From IMG/VR virus record IMGVR_UViG_3300030101_003495, positions 1-63,694 of that record: a stretch of 63,694 nt of DNA. The stretch is one strand, 5' to 3'. The position numbers and the translations under genes were made by a program. Positions 47,651 through 55,473 of this stretch are shown in pieces. Position 1 is the stretch's first letter. Every line of letters starts with the position of its first letter. The notes below the pieces were generated by a model. That model saw nothing but the letters and a program-made list of their open reading frames with translations. It ran no database searches and was not told the DNA's origin. The stretch is from a virus. Taxonomy: Duplodnaviria > Caudoviricetes.

Positions 47651-47989
47651 TTATCCAATAGGTAAATCGCCTCTGTATAATTCTTCGTAATCAACATCCA
47701 TATACCTAGGATCAGCCAATCCCATCATGCCGTGTAAAGTTTCAACATTAGATTTTATTGGCTCTCTGTAATCATCTGTTTCAATAAGTTTAGCTATGTA
47801 TTCCCATGTTTGTAAATCTGCTTGTAAGTGGTTTACACTTTTTTGTAACATTTCTACAGGCACAGAACCATTACCGCCTTCACGTATTTCTTTTTTAACT
47901 CTTTTTATATCGTCTTTGATATGTACTATCTTAGAAAAAGCCTTATTATGTGCTCTCTCTGACTTTTCTTCTATGCTTAGTTTGTTCAT
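47651..47989 (-). CDS. Early hypothetical protein
   Basis: ORF track. Confidence 0.65.
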   Translation of the reverse strand: MNKLSIEEKSERAHNKAFSKIVHIKDDIKRVKKEIREGGNGSVPVEMLQKSVNHLQADLQTWEYIAKLIETDDYREPIKSNVETLHGMMGLADPRYMDVDYEELYRGDLPIG

Positions 47990-47993
47990 TTTA

Positions 47994-48188
47994 TTAATTC
48001 TTTATATATGTTAGTCCTTTGTAATTAAACCACTCTCTGATGCCGAAATCAGTTACAGCACCATCATCGGTTTCTATCTCTTTTTTAATATAACTAAAAG
48101 TAGGAGGTAAATCACCTAACATATAACCTTTATAGTTTATACCATTTAATTTAACTCTGTCTTTTGATATTTTTTTTATTGCATTCAT
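47994..48188 (-). CDS. Early hypothetical protein (paralog of 50528-50731)
   Basis: Shared .N...F/Y.G..L..L and FN.KGLT.I motifs. Confidence 0.7.
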   Translation of the reverse strand: MNAIKKISKDRVKLNGINYKGYMLGDLPPTFSYIKKEIETDDGAVTDFGIREWFNYKGLTYIKN

Positions 48189-48191
48189 GTA

Positions 48192-48225
48192 TATATTATC
48201 TTTTTATTATCGTATTTAGTTTGTA
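48192..48225 (-). promoter_or_regulatory. Class-1 early promoter copy 2
   Basis: Identical arms; 8-nt spacer. Confidence 0.8.
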
Positions 48226-48343
48226 ATTTTTACTTTATTTACTAATAATTTAAGTCTTTTTTGTACTTGTGTACGAGATATTTTACCTTTTTCAAACTCA
48301 TTGATAAGATCGGACATATCTATGCCGTTATATATTGCTTTTA

Positions 48344-48739
48344 TCATGTTAAAATTTTTCTAGCTTGTTCATATTTTATATTTCCGTATTTATTTTTTTG
48401 CAGCACCAAATAATCTAGTAGTATTTGCATGTTTTTATCTGTATTATCAAAACCACCAACAGACCAAACAGTTAATTCTTTTAATGTATAATCTAAACTG
48501 TAAGTTTTCCAGTCATATATGGTAAATATATCACCATTTACTTTAAATATCCATTCACATTGTACTTTTTTATCATTTCCATCATAAAAAATAGTTGGAG
48601 GACCAACTCTTTTCATTATATCTAGATATGTCATATCTTCTAATGTACCTATTTTAAAACTACCGTTGGTATTTACAGCATCAGTAGTTATATATTTACT
48701 TATTTCATTCATGTTTATTTGCCATTTTTTTATATTCAT
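48344..48739 (-). CDS. Early hypothetical protein
   Basis: G.P......K...EW...FTIYDWK...WSVGG, a common phage early-protein pattern. Confidence 0.7.
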   Translation of the reverse strand: MNIKKWQINMNEISKYITTDAVNTNGSFKIGTLEDMTYLDIMKRVGPPTIFYDGNDKKVQCEWIFKVNGDIFTIYDWKTYSLDYTLKELTVWSVGGFDNTDKNMQILLDYLVLQKNKYGNIKYEQARKILT

Positions 48740-49025
48740 TCATTTCTATTTCTTCTATTATATGTTCTAGTATTTCATGGTAATTTACTTCACAAATAAA
48801 AGCTCTTGCATAATCTTCAACTAAGCCTAAACTTCCATGATTTTCAAAAACACAGTTTTCAACAACCTCTTTTAAGTATTCTACAGTCGGAAGTTGCCCG
48901 CATTCTAAAAATTGTTGAGCAAAATCATGATCGCTTAATATTTCTAGGTTAATTCTCCAAGTGGCATAATTACTCCAGCCATTGCATTTATTGTCGTTTA
49001 AAGGTTCAAATTCTATTTGATTCAT
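48705..49025 (-). CDS. Early hypothetical protein (NGWSNYATW)
   Basis: ORF track. Confidence 0.7.
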   Translation of the reverse strand: MNQIEFEPLNDNKCNGWSNYATWRINLEILSDHDFAQQFLECGQLPTVEYLKEVVENCVFENHGSLGLVEDYARAFICEVNYHEILEHIIEEIEMNEYKKMANKHE

Positions 49026-49026
49026 A

Positions 49027-49275
49027 TTATCTTATTTTTTCGTCTATATATTCTAGTAATCTATTTTTATTATAGTTATCATCTTGATTTTCTATAATAT
49101 TTTCTATTTTATCAGCCATGCCAATAACCTCGTAAGCAAGATCTAGTATATCATAGAGGCCTTGCTGTTCATATTCTGATAATGTTTCGCCACAATCAGA
49201 ATTATGTAGCGTATCAACTACATCTTTTAAATCGGTTGCAGTATTTTCATACCTGCAATAACTCATATTTGCCAT
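49027..49275 (-). CDS. Early hypothetical protein (NMSYCRYENT)
   Basis: ORF track. Confidence 0.7.
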   Translation of the reverse strand: MANMSYCRYENTATDLKDVVDTLHNSDCGETLSEYEQQGLYDILDLAYEVIGMADKIENIIENQDDNYNKNRLLEYIDEKIR

Positions 49276-49379
49276 TTTTTATTTATTTTAGTGTTTCAAA
49301 TTCTTTTTTTAGCTGCATTAACTGTCTTCTGCTAGTTAAGCAAAATCTACTTTTTGTAGATAAATTTTTAATTCTATTT

Positions 49380-49568
49380 TTATAGTATGCTATTGTCATA
49401 TTTTTCAGCTAGTATTTTTTTACTCCATGTGCTTAAATAAGCATTATCATGCTCTATTACAATTTCTTCACATAAATCTTTAATTTCTTCAAGTTTATAT
49501 ATATCAGAGTCAGTTTTTTGTAACTGATCTGCAATTGCATATATTTTATATAGTTTTACTTTGTTCAT
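49380..49568 (-). CDS. Early hypothetical protein
   Basis: ORF track. Confidence 0.55.
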   Translation of the reverse strand: MNKVKLYKIYAIADQLQKTDSDIYKLEEIKDLCEEIVIEHDNAYLSTWSKKILAEKYDNSIL

Positions 49569-49799
49569 ATTTTATATTTTTCTTTTTCTATAGCTTTTCA
49601 GTATCTTCTTTTGATCTACCCATTTCAGCTTCCCACTCTTCATCATCAATGTACATACCTTTTTTATATTTATTTACCATCATACCATTTATCTATTATT
49701 TGCTCATTAGTACTATCATCAATTAAATATATATATTTATTAATTTTAATGAATAGAACATCTTTGCTTTTAATATCTATTTTCATAATTTTAATTTAG

Positions 49800-49901
49800 T
49801 GGACGTGGCAGGAATCGAACCTGCGTTAGTAATCATCGAGCCGTTTTTCGCATCCCGCTAAGGAATTACGCCTTTAATCATACTCTAACCATTTCACGCC
49901 C
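49800..49901 (-). ncRNA. Miniature tmRNA-like RNA (tRNA-like domain only, Ala identity)
   Basis: GGGCGTG/CACGTCC-A acceptor with G3.U70 and A73; A8; stemless D-loop with TGG; T-arm GCAGG-TTCGATT-CCTGC. Confidence 0.75.
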
Positions 49902-50234
49902 TTTTTGATAGTTCAACTTTATTTATAGTGGAGAGAACTAACAACGCCCACATTTTTTATAAATCTTCTTCTGTATAATCTAGCTTACATAAATCATACA
50001 GCCATTTTTTGTAATTTCTGTCTGATTCGAGTATTCTACCTGCTAAGTAAGATTCACGATCTAACCTTTTTTGTTTATCTTTTTTTAGTTTATTCATTTA
50101 CTTAATTATTTTATATATTCGCCTTCTTGCCACTCTCCACATTCTTGGCATGATGAGTCGCATATTGTATATTGGTGGTATACTAATTCTGTACTACCAC
50201 AAAATTTACATTTAGTTTCTTCCATTTAATTATT

Positions 50235-50480
50235 TTAACAATTTCTTTTTTCAAAGTTTTCTAGATATTTTAATCTATCGCATTCTCTTTCAATTAAAAC
50301 TCTTTCATATCTATATCCATAAGGATCATTACAATCAAACCAAAGTTTTACTTTTTTATTTATTTGATACATTCTATCATTTCCATTTATTCTTACATAA
50401 CCAGAATCAAAAATACTACCAATTCTATTATCATTTAATCTAAAAAACTTTCCAGTTTTTGTTCTTTTAATTAATTTCAT
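50235..50480 (-). CDS. Early hypothetical protein
   Basis: ORF track; follows a class-1 motif. Confidence 0.65.
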   Translation of the reverse strand: MKLIKRTKTGKFFRLNDNRIGSIFDSGYVRINGNDRMYQINKKVKLWFDCNDPYGYRYERVLIERECDRLKYLENFEKRNC

Positions 50481-50493
50481 TTTACTTATTTAT

Positions 50494-50527
50494 TATATTA
50501 TCTTTATTGTTTCGTATTTAGTTTGTA
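50494..50527 (-). promoter_or_regulatory. Class-1 early promoter copy 3
   Basis: Identical arms; 8-nt spacer. Confidence 0.8.
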
Positions 50528-50731
50528 TTAAATGTATAAGTTTTTTAATTTATTTTTATTTATAAATGTTAAACCTTTATTATTAAAATCATATTCTAAA
50601 TTATATAATTTATATTCAATTAATTCATTTAATTTAAAACCAATAAATGTTTGATTATTTATTTTTAGTTTTTTATTTGGTATTAATTTTGACTCATAAT
50701 GTTTTGTTTTAAGTCTAAATATATTTGCCAT
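50528..50731 (-). CDS. First early gene, hypothetical (paralog of 47994-48188)
   Basis: FNNKGLTFI motif. Confidence 0.65.
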   Translation of the reverse strand: MANIFRLKTKHYESKLIPNKKLKINNQTFIGFKLNELIEYKLYNLEYDFNNKGLTFINKNKLKNLYI

Positions 50732-50753
50732 AGTAATTATTTTATTTGTTTAT

Positions 50754-50787
50754 TATATTATCTAATACACATCGTATTTAGTTTGTA
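50754..50787 (-). promoter_or_regulatory. Class-1 early promoter copy 4
   Basis: Identical arms; 8-nt spacer. Confidence 0.8.
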
Positions 50788-50838
50788 AAAAGGTGTATAA
50801 ATATTTATTTATAAAAATAGTTTGAATAGTATTGCGCA

Positions 50839-51159
50839 TGACATAATGACATATAAAAGTATTTATAGTGACAATTTGTCATATTATAATAAAAATATAT
50901 AATGTATAGGTCAAAAACCATGCCAAACTAGTTGTCCATGACAAAAAGTCATAACATTGGATGACATGTTGACCAGTAAAAGCCAAAACATTTACGGTAA
51001 AATCTAAAAAACAAAGGCCGGTGGGCCAAAACCAAGTCAATCTGGTAACACGTTGGTAATCAGCTAGTTAGGGTATAATACTTTACTCCTATATATCTAA
51101 CGCAAAAAGTGTGACAATAGGTAATTAGGCTAAGAATAGTAACAGGCAACTGTCACATT
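50839..51159. repeat. Cluster of TGACA/TGTCA repeats in the divergent non-coding region (putative origin or genome end)
   Basis: TGACA at 50839, 50847, 50869, 50939, 50962 and 51112; TGTCA at 50877 and 51151. Confidence 0.6.
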
Positions 51160-51180
51160 ATTACAATTACATGCTTTTAC

Positions 51181-51208
51181 GTAAAAATACCGCGTTTCGT
51201 GTAAGTAT
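51181..51208 (+). promoter_or_regulatory. Class-2 promoter candidate heading the tail-fibre operon
   Basis: GTAAA-N15-GTAAGTAT. Confidence 0.5.
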
Positions 51209-51236
51209 ATATAGTATACACAAACAATAAAAACAC

Positions 51237-51341
51237 ATGGCAACAGATATAAGAGTGGGTACATTAACCCCAACTGCCTTTTACGTAGGTACTCAAGCGG
51301 TAAGCGAGATATATTTAGGCGATAAACTAGTATATTCATAA
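51237..51341 (+). CDS. 34-aa tail-fibre adaptor-like peptide
   Basis: MATDIRVGTLTPTAFYVGTQAVSEIYLGDKLVYS, three repeated beta-hairpin xVG/YLG units. Confidence 0.7.
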   Translation: MATDIRVGTLTPTAFYVGTQAVSEIYLGDKLVYS

Positions 51342-51344
51342 ATA

Positions 51345-53912
51345 ATGCCTAAAATTCGTAGCTATGGCACCGTAACTCCGTACAATAGTGACTTCATAAT
51401 CGGTACAGACAGAGATATTTCTAATGTAACTCGCAACTATAAGGTAAGTAAGATCGTAGATATCATACTCGCATCGCTTGGCATCGGTACTGTAACGTCA
51501 ATTGCTACAACATCGGGCACATTTGTGTCTGTAACAGGCGGTACTATCAATACAGCTGGTACTATCACCATGGATATATCAGCTACTGGTACGCCCGGGA
51601 CTACAACTTTTTTAAGAGGCGACGGTACTTGGTCACAACCAGGCCCTGCACCTACAACTGTAATAGGTAGATACAACAGTAACTTGCTTACAAGTGATAT
51701 AGATTCACTTAATTTTACTGGAGCAGGCGTATCAGCAACAGCATCAGACCAAGATGTGTTAATAATTATACCAGGAGATGGTTCAGTAGTGGATTCTGTA
51801 ATTGCAGGAACTGGAATCTCAGTGAGTGGACCAACAGGTAATGTAACAATTACAAATACTGGTGTAACTCAGGCTAGAGCCGGTGGAAATGTTACTCTCA
51901 GTGGTGGAACAGGAGCAGTAACAGTAAGTACAACTGCAAATGCAGGTACAGTATCTAGTGTAAGTCCAGGTCTTGGTATAGATACCATAGCAAATAACAC
52001 CACAAACCCAAATATAGACGTAGAATACACAGGTTCTAACAATATTGTAGACGTAAGTGAGTCAATTGTGACTGCTTCTGGCGATGATTTTGTAGAATTT
52101 AACCAATTAACGTCAAGTAATGTAAAAAGTGCGCGTTTACGTGACATAAATGAAGACATGTTAACGCTTGTTAAGCAAACTATTGATGATGCTGACTTAA
52201 ATAAGGTAAAAAACACAGAACCTTCAGGTTTTACAACCACAGCCGGAGCAAATAATATAGTAACACTAACAATTACTGAATACCAAGCTATACCAGTTAA
52301 AGATCCTAACACATTGTACTTAATTATTGGTGCTGGTACGTCTTTTACAGTAAACCCATCAATAGTAGACAATATAACAGGTGGTACTTCAGGTGTAGAT
52401 TATACAATAAGTACATCACCTACGTCATTTACCGGTATTAATGGTGCATCATATACATTTACTACTACCGTAAATCCAGGTAGTGGTACTTTTACAGGCA
52501 CAAACCCAGTTGTTACAACAGATAATGTAGTAAATAGCTCTGGTAATCCTTATAATAGATCAATAACAGTTTCAGGTACATGGACAGCACCAACTTCTAA
52601 TAGTGTAAGAGCTAGATTAGGAACAATTGCTTTAGATCAAGACAGTAGCGGTTCTATAGGAACAAGTAATTTAAATGCAAATTTATCAAATCTTACTTTT
52701 GGTGGAAACGTAGTAGGCGATGTTGATCCACCTTCATATTCTACAGCTAATCCTACATCGTATTCATTTGCATCGACAGTATCTATAACAGATACTAATA
52801 CTTACGAGTTTACTGTAGGTCCTACGGTGATTGATGCTGCAGGAACTTTAACACCTACAACTCCTAATCAAGATGTAGATGTAACAACATACATGCACGG
52901 TACTGTAGCTTTAAAAACCTACACAGTTGATTTAGCTGTAACTAATAGCGTTAGTGTAACAGGTGCTGGTGCTGGAACACCTACCTATAATATGGATTTC
53001 ATTTCTACAGGTAGCCAAGTACAATCATCAAGTATAAGTCAAGCTGGTGGTACTATTTCTAACGCTATAACAGGATTAAATCAAGGTGGTACTTTTGGTT
53101 TTAGTTTAAATAATTTAGACTGGGCTTTACCAACAGATTATAGTTGGAGTGTTAGTCCAAGTTTAACTGTAGACTCTAATAGTTCACCAATAAGTGGTGC
53201 AAATGGAACAGTGGCTGTAACTGTTAATGGTACTATTTTATATACAGCGCCACCTCCAGATCAATATAGAAAATTAGATGCAACTTCTGTAATAACAGCT
53301 GCTATCAGTGGTATTGCAAATGGAACTATAAACAATGCTGTTCAAGGTCCAGTTAACGGAACAGCTGGCACATATACATATACAGTACCAACTGTAACGG
53401 CAAATACAGGTTATGTATTAACAGGCGGTGTAGTTACTTTAGCTGCTAATCCAGTTACATTTAATTCAACACCTGGTCAAAGCGGTGCTGGTACTTCAGG
53501 TAATCCACTTATAGAAAATGATCCTACTGTAACTGCTGGTACTATAACACAAATAAGTGCTAACTTAAGTCAATCACAATTAGCGCCTGCTTCTAATATA
53601 AGTTATAACACAAGTTACTTTGCACAAGGCGGCGGTGGTTCAACAAATGTTACTACAAGTGGTACTAATGCTTCTAACACTGGATCGCTTACTATTGGTA
53701 ATGGAACAGTTAATGCAACAGTAAGTAAAACAGCACCATCAAGCCAAGCTAGTGGTAGTGGCGTAATAACTTGGAACTATAAGCCAGCAGGCGGTGCGTT
53801 TACTACGGTTAATACATATACGTTTAGTTCTGGTACTTATGTATATTCTTCATACACATACACTGGTGTATCAAATGGAGATGAGCTAAAAACAATAATA
53901 ACAGAAAATTAA
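51345..53912 (+). CDS. Tail fibre protein
   Basis: GTVTS..., FLRGDGTW, AG.GI and LT.TEY.AI..KDPNTLY modules; T/S/G-rich. Confidence 0.8.
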   Translation: MPKIRSYGTVTPYNSDFIIGTDRDISNVTRNYKVSKIVDIILASLGIGTVTSIATTSGTFVSVTGGTINTAGTITMDISATGTPGTTTFLRGDGTWSQPGPAPTTVIGRYNSNLLTSDIDSLNFTGAGVSATASDQDVLIIIPGDGSVVDSVIAGTGISVSGPTGNVTITNTGVTQARAGGNVTLSGGTGAVTVSTTANAGTVSSVSPGLGIDTIANNTTNPNIDVEYTGSNNIVDVSESIVTASGDDFVEFNQLTSSNVKSARLRDINEDMLTLVKQTIDDADLNKVKNTEPSGFTTTAGANNIVTLTITEYQAIPVKDPNTLYLIIGAGTSFTVNPSIVDNITGGTSGVDYTISTSPTSFTGINGASYTFTTTVNPGSGTFTGTNPVVTTDNVVNSSGNPYNRSITVSGTWTAPTSNSVRARLGTIALDQDSSGSIGTSNLNANLSNLTFGGNVVGDVDPPSYSTANPTSYSFASTVSITDTNTYEFTVGPTVIDAAGTLTPTTPNQDVDVTTYMHGTVALKTYTVDLAVTNSVSVTGAGAGTPTYNMDFISTGSQVQSSSISQAGGTISNAITGLNQGGTFGFSLNNLDWALPTDYSWSVSPSLTVDSNSSPISGANGTVAVTVNGTILYTAPPPDQYRKLDATSVITAAISGIANGTINNAVQGPVNGTAGTYTYTVPTVTANTGYVLTGGVVTLAANPVTFNSTPGQSGAGTSGNPLIENDPTVTAGTITQISANLSQSQLAPASNISYNTSYFAQGGGGSTNVTTSGTNASNTGSLTIGNGTVNATVSKTAPSSQASGSGVITWNYKPAGGAFTTVNTYTFSSGTYVYSSYTYTGVSNGDELKTIITEN

Positions 53913-53918
53913 AATAAC

Positions 53919-55463
53919 ATGGCAATAATATATAGCTATCCTTTAGATGCTAACCCTACAACATCAGATCTTTTATTAGGTTCATCTAGTATAGACGGTA
54001 AACCTACTAAAACATTTACTATTGGTAGTATTGCTGCTTTAGCAAATGCTGCTGGTGGTACTGGTACAGTTACAAGTGTTGCCACTGCAAATTCTACATT
54101 TATTGATGTAACAGGCGGTACTATAACAAACGCTGGAACTATAACCGCTGATTTGTCTGCAACAGGTACACCATCTAATTTAACTTTTTTAAGAGGTGAT
54201 AATACTTGGGCACCAGCTACATCTACAGGATCACCTAATATAGATGTGCTTGATGAAGGTGTTAGCATAACAACTCAGGCTGATTCATTAAACTTTACAG
54301 GCGCTGGTGTAACAGCAACTGCTTCAGGTAATGATGTAACTATAGATATTCCAGGAGCATCATCGGCCGTAACGTCTATAATTGGTGGTACAGGTATTAC
54401 AACAAGCGCAGCAACAGGTAATGTAACTGTAACAAACTCAGGTGTTACTTCTTTAGTTGCTGGTACTAATATAACTTTAACACCTAGCACTGGCGTAGGT
54501 AGTGTTACTATTAATGCTACTAATAATCCAGGTACAGTACAAAGTGTTATTGCTGGTGATGGTTTAAACTTAGAGTCAGCAGCTGGTACAGAAACATCAA
54601 CACCTACATTAGGTATAGAAAAAAATGGTTCTAATAATTATATAATAGTTCAATCATCTGCAGCAACACCTACAGTAAATGATTTTATAGCATTTAATCA
54701 AAACAGCTCAAGCAATGTAAAAACATCTACATTTTCAACAATACCAATGGCTGCTTTATCAGCTGTTAAATCTTATGTAGATACAGGTGATGCTGATACA
54801 GTTAAAAACGATACTGATACATTTACAACTACAGCTAAAGTAGAAAAAGTCGTAACATTAACAAGTACAGAATATGCAGGTATTACACCAGATGTAAATA
54901 CATTTTATGTAATAGCAGCAGCATCAACTGCTTATACAGTAACATTAACTCCTGTTACAAACTCAATAGTAAGTCCAGACGGTACAGGTACAGGTACTGG
55001 TTATACTATAACAGGTAGTGTAGTAAATGATACTGTTAGTGGTATAGCTGGAGAACCATATTCTTTTACAACTACAGTAACTCCTGCCGCTGGTTATTAT
55101 TTTTCAACTCCAGTGTCAGGTAATGTAGTATCAGGAACAATTGCATCAACAACTAATGTAAGCCAAACTTTAACCGGTACAGTAACAACAGTACCAACAC
55201 CTTCTGTGGTTGCTACATTATTAGTTGTAACAAATATTCAAGGCGGACCAGCTGATGGTTCTGGCTTTACACTTGGTGGTAGTTTAACTGGTGCGACACA
55301 AACAGGTACAGCACCACTTACAGTAAGCGCTTTTTCAACAACTTGTGTAGCTGCAACTGGTTATACATTTAGCTCAGGGCCTACAATAGTAAACGCATCA
55401 GGTACAATAAACGGATCACAAACAGTAGTAACAACAATAACAGGTACACTACAATTAACATAA
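53919..55463 (+). CDS. Tail fibre protein (paralog of the preceding gene)
   Basis: Colinear with the first ~400 aa of 51345-53912. Confidence 0.8.
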   Translation: MAIIYSYPLDANPTTSDLLLGSSSIDGKPTKTFTIGSIAALANAAGGTGTVTSVATANSTFIDVTGGTITNAGTITADLSATGTPSNLTFLRGDNTWAPATSTGSPNIDVLDEGVSITTQADSLNFTGAGVTATASGNDVTIDIPGASSAVTSIIGGTGITTSAATGNVTVTNSGVTSLVAGTNITLTPSTGVGSVTINATNNPGTVQSVIAGDGLNLESAAGTETSTPTLGIEKNGSNNYIIVQSSAATPTVNDFIAFNQNSSSNVKTSTFSTIPMAALSAVKSYVDTGDADTVKNDTDTFTTTAKVEKVVTLTSTEYAGITPDVNTFYVIAAASTAYTVTLTPVTNSIVSPDGTGTGTGYTITGSVVNDTVSGIAGEPYSFTTTVTPAAGYYFSTPVSGNVVSGTIASTTNVSQTLTGTVTTVPTPSVVATLLVVTNIQGGPADGSGFTLGGSLTGATQTGTAPLTVSAFSTTCVAATGYTFSSGPTIVNASGTINGSQTVVTTITGTLQLT

Positions 55464-55473
55464 CAAAAACAAC

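Noticed and set aside
49855-49866. Reading the 102-nt RNA as tRNA-Leu(UAG) via loop CUUAGCG
   Set aside because: No D-stem, A rather than U at position 8, pyrimidine at position 37 and Ala acceptor identity all fit a tmRNA-like domain better.
49920-49927. T4 late promoter TATAAATA (minus strand)
   Set aside because: Expected by chance in AT-rich DNA; no gp55-like gene and no recurrence before late genes.
47537-50787. Repeated motif as a CRISPR array or sigma28 promoter
   Set aside because: Copies are hundreds to thousands of bases apart with genes between; the TAAA-to-GATAA spacing is shorter than the sigma28 consensus.
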